Positions 29,810 through 40,268 of a stretch of DNA of 64,000 nucleotides are shown piece by piece. How positions within the stretch are numbered: the stretch's first letter is position 1; the number at the start of each line of letters is the position of its first letter. Below the pieces are notes generated by a model, which did not search any database, had not been told where the DNA came from, and worked only from the letters and a program-made list of their open reading frames with translations. The position numbers and the translations under genes are program-made. Origin of the DNA: an uncultured Planctomycetia bacterium (lineage in GTDB: Bacteria > Omnitrophota > Gorgyraeia > B26-G9); contig CAYTGV010000003.1 in NCBI GenBank assembly GCA_964437495.1, positions 17,910-81,909 on the forward strand, written 5' to 3'.

Positions 29810-32800
29810 ATGAGCTCTGATTTAACCTTTATAACCAATGAAAAGAATAAGCACTTACTTGACCGCTTTAAAGTTCTTATTAAAGACACACGTTTCTTTG
29901 ATGTTCTTGTCGGGTATTTTTATACAAGTGGTTTTCATGCCTTATATAAATCATTAGAATCTACTGAGAAGATCAGAATTCTTATTGGTATCAGCACTAA
30001 TAAAGAGACTGTTACTCTTTTTAATAAAGCAAATTATAATCTCCAGCCAACCTTTCAGTTTTCTCATGCAGAAGTTAAAAAGGAATTTGAAAATCATGTA
30101 AGTGAAGAGATGGAGAATTCGGAAGATAATCCCCATGTCGAAGAAGGGGTTTTAAAGTTCATTGAATGGCTAAAAATTGGAAAGCTTGAGATCAAAGCTT
30201 ATCCAACTCAAAATATACATGCAAAACTCTACATTATGACCTTTACTGAAGATGATCGCGATAAAGGGAGGGTGATAACAGGTTCAAGTAATTTTACTGA
30301 AGCTGGATTAAGGGATAACTTAGAATTTAATGTTGAGTTAAAAAATAGATCGGACTACGATTTTTCCTTGCAGAAATTCAATGAGCTTTGGGAAGATGCA
30401 GTAGATGTTAAAGATAAGTATATTGAGTCTATTCAGACAAAAACGTGGTTGAATGATACTATTACGCCTTATGAGTTGTATTTAAAGTTTTTATATGAAT
30501 ATTTTAAAGAAGATTTGAGTCAACCTGAAGAGGTTTTTTACCGTTATGTCCCTTCAGAATTCATGAAGCTTGAATATCAAGAACAAGCAGTATTGAATGC
30601 AAAGCGAATTCTTGATGAGTATGGCGGGGTTTTTATTTCTGATGTTGTTGGTTTAGGAAAAACTTATGTTTCTGCCTTACTTGCGCAACAATTAGATGGG
30701 CGGACATTAGTTATTGCTCCCCCGGTTCTTTTAGATAAGTGTAATCCGGGGTCGTGGCCAAATGTATTTTCTGATTTTAAAGTGGCTGCTGATTTCGAAT
30801 CATTAGGCAAGTTAGATAGCTTAATTAAAAGAGGAGCAGATAAATATAAAAATATCTTTATTGATGAAGCTCATCGTTTTAGAACAGAAACTAATATGAC
30901 CTATGAAAAGCTTGCTCAAATTTGCAGGGGCAAACGAATAATTTTAGTTACAGCAACTCCTTACAATAACTCTCCTAAAGATATTTTAAGTCAGATTAAG
31001 CTCTTTCAAAAAGGCAGGAATAGCACTATTCCTAATCTACCTGATTTGGAAAGGTTTTTTGGGGCTTTAGGGAAAAGAATAAAGAAGCTTGATAGACAGA
31101 AAGATTATAAAGAATATATAAGTATTGTTAGAAATAATGCGAAAGAAATCAGAGAAAAAGTTTTAAAATATTTAATGGTTCGGCGCACTCGCAATGAAAT
31201 CGTCAACCATTTTTCAAGGGATTTAAAAGAGCAAAATTTGAAGTTTCCAGATGTAGCTGATCCTGAAGCTATATTCTACGAATTAAATGATGAGGAAGAT
31301 AAGGTTTTTACTCAGACTATAGAGCTTATTGCTAAGAAGTTTAAATATTCTCGTTACACCCCATTATTATATTATCAAGGGAAAATTACCCAACCAGAAG
31401 AGTTAGCTCAAAGAAATATGGGCAAGTTCATGAAAATTCTTTTGATTAAAAGACTAGAGAGTAGCTTTTTTGCTTTTAGAAATTCTATAAGTAGATTTAT
31501 TGTTTCGTATACCCACTTTTTGAATGAACTAGATAAAGGCAATGTTTATGTCAGTAAAAAGCATATGAGTAAATTATTTGACTTGCTAGAAAATGACGAT
31601 GAAGAAGCAATTCAACGACTAATAGAAGAAGATAAAGCTAAAAAATATGATGCAAAAGATTTCAAAAAAGATTTTAAAAATGACTTAAAACATGATTTAG
31701 GAATATTATTAACCATTAAGAGGTTATGGGAAACCGTAAAAAGAGACCCTAAGCTTTTAGCGGCAAAACAGAAGTTGTCATCGAGGAAAATACTTAAAGA
31801 GCAAAAACTGATTATTTTTACTGAATCAAAAGAAACTGCTGATTATTTGTCAGGACATCTCAACGAATTATATAAAGATAAAGTTTTATGTTTTTCAGGC
31901 AGTTCTAGCGCTAGGATAAGAGAAAGGGTAATTGAAAATTTTGATGCAAAGGCTAGATATCCGAAGGATGATTATAGAATTCTTGTAAGTACAGAGGTTC
32001 TTTCAGAAGGTGTTAATTTGCATAGGTCCAATGTAGTTATTAATTACGACATTCCTTGGAATCCAACCCGTTTAATGCAAAGGGTAGGGCGAATTAATCG
32101 TGTCGATACAAAATTTAATAAGATTCATAGTTTTAATTTTTTTCCGACTAAGCAGTCAAATGATCAGATTAAACTGAAAGAGGCTGCTGAAGGTAAAATC
32201 CATGCTTTTATTTCAATGCTTGGAGCAGATGCTCGGTTGCTCACTGAAGGTGAGCCTATTGAGTCATTCGAATTGTTTAATAAATTACTTTCTAAAAAGA
32301 CGATTACTGGGGAAGATGAGCATGAGGAAAGCGAGTTGAAATATTTACAAGTTATAAAGGAGATTCGAGATAAAAACATAGACTTATTTGAAAAAGTAAA
32401 ACGATTGCCAAAAAAATCTAGGACAGCAAGGATTTTAAAAGATGCAAAAAATGCCCTTCTTACTTATTTTCGAAAGGGCAAATTACATAAGTTTTATATG
32501 GTAAGAATGAAGACTGAACCCGAGGAATTAGATTTTATTTCTGCAGCAAAGCGGTTGGAGGCTAGCCAGAGTGAGAAACGAGAAAAAATAAGTAAAGATT
32601 TATATGAGTTGTTAGAGAAAAATAAGCAAGCTTTTCATCATGCCACATTTGAAGAAGTGCCTGAGATTAAAGGGAAAGGTGGTCGTGATACTGTAACTTT
32701 AGTGTTAAGGATTCTTAAAACGAATGATATCAGGCGTTATAAGGGGTATACAGAGGATGATGAGCTCTATATTAAAAAAGTAATCAAAGAGGTAGAAGAA

Positions 32801-33001
32801 GGCGGTCTACCCAGACAAACTTCAAAGACTTTATTGAAAGAACTTCAAAAAGAATTGAAAAAAGGAGTTAATCCATTAAAGATATTAGCAATTTTAAAGA
32901 TGAATATTCCTGCTGAATTTTTACAAGAAGCTGCTTTTCAAACTGCTGCTCAAATTTTCGGCCCCAGAGAAGTGATTTTATCAGAATATTTTAAAGGTTG
33001 A
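29810..33001 (+). CDS. PLD-nuclease + SNF2/SF2 helicase
   Basis: HAKLY..GSSNFT; DVVGLGKT, DEAH, TATP, SEGVNL, QRVGRINR. Confidence 0.9.
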   Translation: MSSDLTFITNEKNKHLLDRFKVLIKDTRFFDVLVGYFYTSGFHALYKSLESTEKIRILIGISTNKETVTLFNKANYNLQPTFQFSHAEVKKEFENHVSEEMENSEDNPHVEEGVLKFIEWLKIGKLEIKAYPTQNIHAKLYIMTFTEDDRDKGRVITGSSNFTEAGLRDNLEFNVELKNRSDYDFSLQKFNELWEDAVDVKDKYIESIQTKTWLNDTITPYELYLKFLYEYFKEDLSQPEEVFYRYVPSEFMKLEYQEQAVLNAKRILDEYGGVFISDVVGLGKTYVSALLAQQLDGRTLVIAPPVLLDKCNPGSWPNVFSDFKVAADFESLGKLDSLIKRGADKYKNIFIDEAHRFRTETNMTYEKLAQICRGKRIILVTATPYNNSPKDILSQIKLFQKGRNSTIPNLPDLERFFGALGKRIKKLDRQKDYKEYISIVRNNAKEIREKVLKYLMVRRTRNEIVNHFSRDLKEQNLKFPDVADPEAIFYELNDEEDKVFTQTIELIAKKFKYSRYTPLLYYQGKITQPEELAQRNMGKFMKILLIKRLESSFFAFRNSISRFIVSYTHFLNELDKGNVYVSKKHMSKLFDLLENDDEEAIQRLIEEDKAKKYDAKDFKKDFKNDLKHDLGILLTIKRLWETVKRDPKLLAAKQKLSSRKILKEQKLIIFTESKETADYLSGHLNELYKDKVLCFSGSSSARIRERVIENFDAKARYPKDDYRILVSTEVLSEGVNLHRSNVVINYDIPWNPTRLMQRVGRINRVDTKFNKIHSFNFFPTKQSNDQIKLKEAAEGKIHAFISMLGADARLLTEGEPIESFELFNKLLSKKTITGEDEHEESELKYLQVIKEIRDKNIDLFEKVKRLPKKSRTARILKDAKNALLTYFRKGKLHKFYMVRMKTEPEELDFISAAKRLEASQSEKREKISKDLYELLEKNKQAFHHATFEEVPEIKGKGGRDTVTLVLRILKTNDIRRYKGYTEDDELYIKKVIKEVEEGGLPRQTSKTLLKELQKELKKGVNPLKILAILKMNIPAEFLQEAAFQTAAQIFGPREVILSEYFKG

Positions 33002-33005
33002 CCTA

Positions 33006-36000
33006 ATGGAAAGAAAGCAAGCAAATAAGATAGTCAAAGATACTTTTGAAAATCCCTTCAATAAAGAACAATTCGTCTATTTTATCAAAAACCTTCTTAA
33101 TCATATTGAAGAAACTCCTGGTACGCTTTATCGTGGTAATTATATTCCTGATGCTTATGCTCCTTATGTAAATACATTAGAGCGTTTAGGTAAATATTTA
33201 GATGCTGATGAACGGTCAATAGATGTATTGATAGTTAATCTTAAAAAAAATACTTCTCTAGAGCGTGCACGTACTATGCAGCGTAATTTTATTGCTTGGT
33301 ATTTGAATGGTAGTCGAGGAGGGGTATTAAAAGATGCTGCATTGGTTGCTTTTGTTTCTCCAGCACAAGAAGATTGGAGATTTTCTCTAGTAAAAATGGA
33401 GTATAGTTTAGATACCAGCGGAGAAAAGGTTAAAACAAAAAAAGAGTTAACCCCTGCCAGAAGATTTTCTTTCTTAGTTGGAAAAAATGAAAATACGCAT
33501 ACTGCCCAAAGTTACTTATCCCCTATAATAGCTGATGAGAGTAAAGATTTAAATTTAAGTAATATAGAGAATGCCTTCAGTATTGAAAAAGTAACAAAAG
33601 AATTCTTTGAAAAATATAGAGATTTATTTCTTAAATTGACAGACTCTCTAAATGAGATAGTTAAAAAAGATCAAAAAGTTAGGGCTGATTTTAAAAACAG
33701 AGGAGTAGAAACTGTAAATTTTACCAAAAAGCTTTTAGGGCAGGTAGTATTTCTTTATTTTTTGCAAAAGAAAGGTTGGTTTGGAGTAGGAAGAGATGAA
33801 GAGTGGGGAACAGGACCTAAGAATTTTTTAAGGCTTCTTTTTGAGAAAAAGATTGTTGATTATAATAATTTTTTCAATGATATTTTGGAACCATTGTTCT
33901 ATGAGGCATTAGCTACTGAAAGAGAAGATAGTTTTTATAGCAGATTTAACTGTAAAATTCCATTTTTAAATGGCGGATTATTTGATCCTATTAATAATTA
34001 CGATTGGGTTCATACCGATATTGTTTTATTAAATGATATTTTCTCAAATAAGCATAAGACAAAAGAAGGTGATGAAGGGTCAGGAATTTTAGATGTTTTT
34101 GATAGATATAATTTTACTGTTAAGGAAGATGAGCCGCTTGAAAAAGAAGTAGCCGTAGACCCTGAAATGCTTGGTAAGGTTTTTGAGAATTTATTGGAAG
34201 TAAAAGATAGAAAGTCCAAAGGTACTTATTATACTCCCAGAGAGATTGTGCACTATATGTGCCAACAAAGTTTATGCAATTATTTGGCAGAAGAGCTTAA
34301 GGAAAAAATCACAAAAGAAGAGATTGATACGCTTATAAAATACGGAGAAAGTGCTATAGAACATGATAGTAGAGTTGAAACCTATGGAAAAGAAACAAAA
34401 ACTTATTCTTTTAAACTTTCTGAGAATATTAGAAAGAATGCATCTTTAATTGATGAAAAACTTTCGGATATTCGTGTATGTGATCCTGCTGTTGGTTCTG
34501 GAGCTTTTCTCGTTGGAATGATGAACGAAATTGTTCGTGTCCGCAATGCTTTAACTACCTATTTAAGAGATAAAAAGCAAAGAACCTTTTATGATTTTAA
34601 ACGGAATGCTATCCATTATTCTCTTTATGGGGTAGATATGGATCCAGGTGCTACTGAGATAGCTAAACTTAGACTTTGGTTGTCACTTGTTGTAGATGAA
34701 GAAGATATTAAACAAATTAAACCATTGCCTAATTTGGACTATAAGATTATGCAGGGCAATAGTCTAATTGAGGATTTAGTTATTAACAATATTGTTATTA
34801 AGTTTAATCTAGATGATGTAGTTAAAGTTGATCGTCGTACCAAGAAAACAAAAGAGTTATTTAAAAAAGAAGTGCAGCATACACTTTTTAAAGATAAAAG
34901 TGAGGATATTTTTGAAGAATTAAAGAAGTTGCATTCTGTTTATTTTGAAGAGAATAATAAAAACAAGAGGTTAATTTTAAAAGAAAAGATTGTTAGTACA
35001 GAGCAGTTATTTATAACAGCAAAATGCGAAGAAGAAATAGAGCGGTTAAATGTATTTAAGAATAATTGTCGAGATAGAAAAAGAATAAGCAATGTCGAAA
35101 GTCAAATAAAAACCATTCATTCTACGCTTCGTAAATTAAAAAAAGAAGGAACAAAACCTTTTTTCTTATGGAAGCTTAATTTTTCTGAAGTTTTTATTGA
35201 TAAAGGTGGGTTTGATGTGATTGTGGGGAATCCTCCTTATGTTCAGCTTCAAAAAACTGGTGGAGAATTAGCTAATGTTTATGAGCAGTGCGATTATGTT
35301 ACTTTTTCACGGACTGGTGACATTTATACATTATTTTATGAAAAAGCTCATCGCTTGTTGCGGACTCATGGGATAGCTTGTTTGATAACTTCTAATAAAT
35401 GGATGCGGGCTGGATATGGCAAATTGATTCGTAGGTACTTTATAGATGTTGTTTCTCTTCTTATTCTTATTGATTTTGGTGATGCACCATTATTCAAGAA
35501 TGCAACAACTTATACCAATATACTTCTTTTTAAGAATATTCCACCTAGTGATTGCAGATGTTCTGTTTATGACTTAAGTAAAGAGAAAGGCGTAGAGGGT
35601 AGATTATTATATTACCTCAGGAACTTGCAAGGAAAATATATTTCCAATTTTACAGAGGTAAGTTATTTGATTGTTAATAAATATGAATTCCAAATAAAGC
35701 AGAAGGTTGAAGCTAAAGGCATACCATTAAAAAATTGGGATATTGATATTTATCGGGGTATTTTGACTGGATTCAATGAAGCTTTTATTATTAACACCGA
35801 GATAAAAGAACGTTTATGCCGGGAAGATCCTAATTGTTTAAAAATTATTAAACCTATATTGAGAGGGCGGGATGTTAAAAGGTATAAAGCGGAATTTGCT
35901 GGATTGTGGTTGATTAATACCCACAATGGTTATGATAATGAGCCTCCAGTTGATATTAATGATTATCCAGTAATTAAAGATTATTTGAAGGAGATTGAAA

Positions 36001-36530
36001 GGAAACGTGTGGCTGGCGAGTATGGAGAAAAGGCCAAAAAAGCTAAAGGATTATTTAAGCGTGATGATCAGGGCATAACACCTTATAACTTAAGAAATTG
36101 TGCATATATCCCTAGTTTAGAGTTGGGTAAGATTATTTGGGCAGAAATAGTATTTGATTCTGCATTTTATTATGATGAGGATAACTATTATCCTGAGGCA
36201 ACATGTTTTGTCATGATAGGTAATAGGTTAAAGTACTTACAGGCTCTACTAAATTCTAAATTACTAACGTTTGCATTTAGAAAGTATTATGCTGGAGGAG
36301 ATTTAAGAGGTAATACTTTTAGATACAAGAAAGTTTTTGTTGAAAAACTGCCTGTGCTACGAATTTCTGAGCGCGAACAGCAATCTTTTGGAAAAATAGT
36401 AGATAAGATAGTTGGTGATAAAAAGAAAGGTAAAGATACTCTTATTTTGGAAGAAGAAATTGATGAACTTGTGTTTGATCTCTATGCTTTGACTGCAGAA
36501 GAACGAGAACAGGTAAGGAATTCATACTAA
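33006..36530 (+). CDS. Eco57I/TaqI-like N6-adenine DNA methyltransferase with C-terminal TRD (type IIG-like)
   Basis: FLNGGLF, YYTP, DPAVGSGAF, GNPPY. Confidence 0.9.
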   Translation: MERKQANKIVKDTFENPFNKEQFVYFIKNLLNHIEETPGTLYRGNYIPDAYAPYVNTLERLGKYLDADERSIDVLIVNLKKNTSLERARTMQRNFIAWYLNGSRGGVLKDAALVAFVSPAQEDWRFSLVKMEYSLDTSGEKVKTKKELTPARRFSFLVGKNENTHTAQSYLSPIIADESKDLNLSNIENAFSIEKVTKEFFEKYRDLFLKLTDSLNEIVKKDQKVRADFKNRGVETVNFTKKLLGQVVFLYFLQKKGWFGVGRDEEWGTGPKNFLRLLFEKKIVDYNNFFNDILEPLFYEALATEREDSFYSRFNCKIPFLNGGLFDPINNYDWVHTDIVLLNDIFSNKHKTKEGDEGSGILDVFDRYNFTVKEDEPLEKEVAVDPEMLGKVFENLLEVKDRKSKGTYYTPREIVHYMCQQSLCNYLAEELKEKITKEEIDTLIKYGESAIEHDSRVETYGKETKTYSFKLSENIRKNASLIDEKLSDIRVCDPAVGSGAFLVGMMNEIVRVRNALTTYLRDKKQRTFYDFKRNAIHYSLYGVDMDPGATEIAKLRLWLSLVVDEEDIKQIKPLPNLDYKIMQGNSLIEDLVINNIVIKFNLDDVVKVDRRTKKTKELFKKEVQHTLFKDKSEDIFEELKKLHSVYFEENNKNKRLILKEKIVSTEQLFITAKCEEEIERLNVFKNNCRDRKRISNVESQIKTIHSTLRKLKKEGTKPFFLWKLNFSEVFIDKGGFDVIVGNPPYVQLQKTGGELANVYEQCDYVTFSRTGDIYTLFYEKAHRLLRTHGIACLITSNKWMRAGYGKLIRRYFIDVVSLLILIDFGDAPLFKNATTYTNILLFKNIPPSDCRCSVYDLSKEKGVEGRLLYYLRNLQGKYISNFTEVSYLIVNKYEFQIKQKVEAKGIPLKNWDIDIYRGILTGFNEAFIINTEIKERLCREDPNCLKIIKPILRGRDVKRYKAEFAGLWLINTHNGYDNEPPVDINDYPVIKDYLKEIERKRVAGEYGEKAKKAKGLFKRDDQGITPYNLRNCAYIPSLELGKIIWAEIVFDSAFYYDEDNYYPEATCFVMIGNRLKYLQALLNSKLLTFAFRKYYAGGDLRGNTFRYKKVFVEKLPVLRISEREQQSFGKIVDKIVGDKKKGKDTLILEEEIDELVFDLYALTAEEREQVRNSY

Positions 36531-36628
36531 TATTCCCGCCCTTTGCAATCGCAGTCGTCCGGCTTCATCCCGATAATTCGGTATTCCGCAACGTACTTTG
36601 TGCGCTTGCCCCCCCCCTAAAGGAAACA

Positions 36629-37141
36629 AAAACACACCTTTTTAAAAAAATATTTCGCCGCCGCCAAAAAAAGAAATAAACGTTCAATTATGAGGGTTTT
36701 GCTCGGGAGAGGACGCAGGGATGCTAAACGAAGCCATTTCTGGCGAAGTGAGGCAGACCAAAGCCGGATCGTAGTAACGCATGAGCACGAAGCGAGCGGC
36801 CCAGCGAGCGAGGCAGTGAGCCGAAGCCCCAGCTGAGGCGAACGGTGCAAACACTGCCCAAGTAGCCCCGCCGAAGGCGGGGCGGTGCATCATAAAGTCA
36901 ATTCAGGTAGGAAAACAGTAAAAAGGAATGGTTTGAGAACTTTGTAGAGTGCAATCCAAGGGTCAACCGAATGTCTTAATGTAGAAACTTTTCGGCGAAT
37001 TTTTGTAAGCCGTTGATTTTGTTGACATTGTGATTTTCTTTCTGTTTCTGAAAACAAAAAATTAAAAGGGGGGAAAAGAGAAAAAGAAATTCTTTTATGG
37101 GGTCGAGCGCCGCCGATGGCGGGGGCGATTTTGATGTTTTT
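36629..37141 (-). repeat. Intact attP (P arm + P' arm) in inverted orientation inside the island
   Basis: Minus strand reads ...tacattaagacattcggtTGacccttggattgc...; 36964-37141 matches 45395-45572 (178 bp, no mismatch seen); 36629-36965 matches 26359-26692. Confidence 0.93.
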
Positions 37142-37320
37142 CGTCTTGCTCTCGCTAATGTCTCGCAATCCGTCACACATCTCCCTAGATGTGCGTTAAA
37201 AAGCAGAAAAAAAGAAAAACCCCCACCCACCCGAAAATTGTCTCTGTGCTCGGACTTCTACGCCTCTGGCGTATTCGTTCCCTGCGCTCAGAGCCAATTT
37301 GTTCCCCCTAAAAATGGAGC

Positions 37321-37349
37321 TTGACAAAATATGACAAAATGTGTAAAGT
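37321..37349 (+). promoter_or_regulatory. Sigma70 promoter with tandem tgacaaaat repeats
   Basis: TTGACA-17-TAAAGT ahead of the HTH gene. Confidence 0.6.
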
Positions 37350-37358
37350 GGGTTCACT

Positions 37359-37541
37359 ATGGAAAAACGATATAATTTAAGCAAAGCGGCAAAAGAATTA
37401 GGCATCACTCGCCAAGGTCTTTATTACTGGATAAAGAAAGGGTGGGTTACGCCTAAACGTGATTTTAAGAATCATCCTGTTTTTACGGATGCTGATTTGA
37501 AAAAGATTAAAGGGTGGATGAATAAATTAAAGGATTCCTGA
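37359..37541 (+). CDS. MerR/Xis-like HTH protein, candidate recombination directionality factor
   Basis: YNLSKAAKELGITRQGLYYWIKKG; first gene of the unit that ends in the integrase. Confidence 0.75.
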   Translation: MEKRYNLSKAAKELGITRQGLYYWIKKGWVTPKRDFKNHPVFTDADLKKIKGWMNKLKDS

Positions 37542-37543
37542 TT

Positions 37544-39148
37544 ATGAATATTGAAATCTTTATTGGGTTCTTAGGGCTTTTGATTACGATGTATGCTATT
37601 GCCCCAGAGGTGGTCAAGGCTAGGGTTCATGCTTTTATTAATCCATTGCTGTTTAAAATCGCGATACCTTTATATATAGTTGTATCTTTGTGCGTTCTTT
37701 ATTTTGAGCATTATTACTTAGATGATGTTTTAATGTGTGAAGTTTTATTTTGGGCAAAATATCTTTCTTATTGTGGGATATTCTTGTTAATATGGTTTAT
37801 CTATACATCTTTGAGAGATAGAAAGCTGGGGAAATCAAATATTGAAAGGTTTTATAAATTCCTAAAAGTTCTTTTGTCAAAGCAGCAGTTTTCAATATTA
37901 ATTGATATATTACATGGTAGTCTTAAATACATACTTCCATTATATAATGTTCAAGCAAAACCTGAAAAGTGTAAGAAATTAAAAAATACCATTATGGTTG
38001 GCGGCAAGGTTATTCCTTTTCCAGTTTTTCCATCTGATTCTTTTGAGACAGAGATTTCAAAAAAGATATTTAGAGACGTAATTTTTAACGAATCGTTCAT
38101 AAGGGCAAATATTCATTATGGGAAAAATTTTTCTATTGATTTTATAAGTGGTTGTAGAAAAAATAAAATACACATAAGTGATTATTCGGACTTGTTTCTT
38201 TATGAGCTTTTAAAAAACAAAGACTCTTTCCTCTATCAAGAATTAAAAGAAACGCTTACAGTCTATTCTCCAAGTAACGATGAATTTGATAGGTTTCCAT
38301 TTTTACATGTATTATTTGAGGATATTAAATACTTTAATGAACAGGGATTTTATAGAGGAATAGGGGAGTATGTCATTGAATTTGTTGATAGAAATATTGA
38401 CAGTAATAATGAGCGATATAGCCGTAGTACTAAATATTATTGGGATCAACGTGAGCGAGATGGTAAATACAAATGTCCTGTTTATATGGGACTTAGTTAT
38501 TTTACATATATGGTGAACAAGGCTATACGTGAGAATATTCAAAGCCATATGTGGCTTTTGTATGTTCATTATTGGGTTAAAGCGATATGTAAGAAAATGG
38601 TTTACTATGAAGATGAATGGCAGGGGGGCGGTGAGTTTCCTACAATTTACTGTTATTTGCTTTATGAGCTGCTTGGTATCCATGGCAATTGGGTTAAGCA
38701 TATATATGAAGTTTCAAGCGAGGAACAACATGGTAGTTCTTTTCAGCAGGACGATAAATCAATTGATATAAGTGAGGAAAGGGAGTTAATTTTAGAATGG
38801 ATACTTAAGGATATGCTTTATTGTGCTGATAGTATCGCGCAATGTGAAGCCATCCCCTATGATAAGCGTGTGTACTTACTTAAAACGTTTATGGGTGTAA
38901 ATATTGGGATAAAAAGCAACTTTTCTCAATACGGGAAAGCTTGTATTGCAAAAGCCACCAATTTAAATAAAGTTATTAGTATATATATAGATGAGTTTGA
39001 AAAAAGAATACGTAACAAGAATTACTCAAAAGCTTTTAACGAAGATTTAAAAAATGCGTGTCAAGATGCATTAGAATCAATGGATACAATTCCTTTAGAC
39101 AGTAATATTGTTAGATTTTGGAAGGGCTGGCTCAGTGGATTACAGTAA
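37544..39148 (+). CDS. Hypothetical protein with ~3 N-terminal TM helices (island cargo)
   Basis: 534-aa ORF with hydrophobic N-terminus. Confidence 0.7.
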   Translation: MNIEIFIGFLGLLITMYAIAPEVVKARVHAFINPLLFKIAIPLYIVVSLCVLYFEHYYLDDVLMCEVLFWAKYLSYCGIFLLIWFIYTSLRDRKLGKSNIERFYKFLKVLLSKQQFSILIDILHGSLKYILPLYNVQAKPEKCKKLKNTIMVGGKVIPFPVFPSDSFETEISKKIFRDVIFNESFIRANIHYGKNFSIDFISGCRKNKIHISDYSDLFLYELLKNKDSFLYQELKETLTVYSPSNDEFDRFPFLHVLFEDIKYFNEQGFYRGIGEYVIEFVDRNIDSNNERYSRSTKYYWDQRERDGKYKCPVYMGLSYFTYMVNKAIRENIQSHMWLLYVHYWVKAICKKMVYYEDEWQGGGEFPTIYCYLLYELLGIHGNWVKHIYEVSSEEQHGSSFQQDDKSIDISEERELILEWILKDMLYCADSIAQCEAIPYDKRVYLLKTFMGVNIGIKSNFSQYGKACIAKATNLNKVISIYIDEFEKRIRNKNYSKAFNEDLKNACQDALESMDTIPLDSNIVRFWKGWLSGLQ

Positions 39149-39151
39149 ATT

Positions 39152-39214
39152 ATGAAAGTATCAATTTGTATAAGAGTTTCAACTGGAGACCAAGTTAAAG
39201 AGAGGTTACTCTAA
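39152..39214 (+). pseudogene. Relic of serine-integrase 5' end
   Basis: MKVSICIRVSTGDQVKE versus integrase MQVALYIRVSTEDQAKE. Confidence 0.8.
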
Positions 39215-39267
39215 GAAATCTAAATAGGTTGTTTTGAGGGCGTTGTTATTATTAAGATTTAAAATTT

Positions 39268-40149
39268 ATGAGAAATATAAATAGATATTTTTGTCGAGCA
39301 TTAGATTCCAATAACACATTTTCGCCAAGTGTTCATTGGGAGCATTGTCTTTTGTTAGAAAAGGCAATGTTGGATATATTACAATATATTCCCATACATG
39401 ATGGGATGCCGGATGAGAATTGGAAAGTTAGCAGTCCAAAATTAATAGATATATTTGTCAAGTCATGCTTCCTTTTTGAAGCGGCATTTAAAGGTATTTC
39501 AAATGAACCAACGGATCGTATTGTCAACTATCTTAAACAAAATGCATATGTATGGAGTGAATATTTTCTTGATGGAAAAAATCGCAACGGCAAATGTAAA
39601 GAATTAGATATTTGCGATTTTTTAACCTTTTATGACGCGTATTGTTCCTTGAACTTCTTAGAAGCAAGAATCAGATGTTCTCAAAATATTAGTGACGTTT
39701 GGGTAAATAAAATGACTGTAATTCGTCCATTTTTTAATATGAAACTCGAAAATAATGTAGTAATTAAATCCCCTGATTGGTGGAAAAAATACACACAAAT
39801 TAAACATAATTTTTATTCCTATCCACAAGAAATTAATTTGGAAGCTACAATTGAAGCTTTAGCTGCATTGATATCTTTCACCGCAGTTGTTCCTCAGATG
39901 CGTCGATTACTCTGCGATCATGGGTACATACAGGATAATTTTAAAAAACCTTTTGATATTGAAAAAATCGGACGAAAAATTAATGATAAATTTGTTAAGG
40001 ACCCTTGGGTTAACCATAAAAAAATGTTCTTCGAGGAATATGATGATATTGATACGATGCCCGCTATTGCATGTGTATCAGATTTATTTATAGTACCTTT
40101 TGTAGGCGATTATAGAAAAGCTAGATTATGGTCGGGGATAGGAAAATAA
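39268..40149 (+). CDS. Hypothetical protein, possibly HEPN-like
   Basis: 293 aa; PDWWKKYTQIKH motif. Confidence 0.55.
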   Translation: MRNINRYFCRALDSNNTFSPSVHWEHCLLLEKAMLDILQYIPIHDGMPDENWKVSSPKLIDIFVKSCFLFEAAFKGISNEPTDRIVNYLKQNAYVWSEYFLDGKNRNGKCKELDICDFLTFYDAYCSLNFLEARIRCSQNISDVWVNKMTVIRPFFNMKLENNVVIKSPDWWKKYTQIKHNFYSYPQEINLEATIEALAALISFTAVVPQMRRLLCDHGYIQDNFKKPFDIEKIGRKINDKFVKDPWVNHKKMFFEEYDDIDTMPAIACVSDLFIVPFVGDYRKARLWSGIGK

Positions 40150-40245
40150 GAGTTGATAAAACCAGAAAGAGATTATAGTACTTTTCCGGTGTTTACAAAT
40201 GCTGATTTAAAGAAAATTAAAAGGTGGAAAGATAAAATTAAATAA
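40150..40245 (+). pseudogene. Relic of the HTH/Xis gene 3' half
   Basis: LIKPERDYSTFPVFTNADLKKIKRWKDKIK versus WVTPKRDFKNHPVFTDADLKKIKGWMNKLK (37359 gene). Confidence 0.85.
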
Positions 40246-40268
40246 AGAGGTGTTAAGGACTTAATAAT

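Noticed and set aside
36890-37180. 96-aa minus-strand ORF as a standalone gene
   Set aside because: It is the duplicated integrase 3' end read through attP; there is no evidence of independent expression
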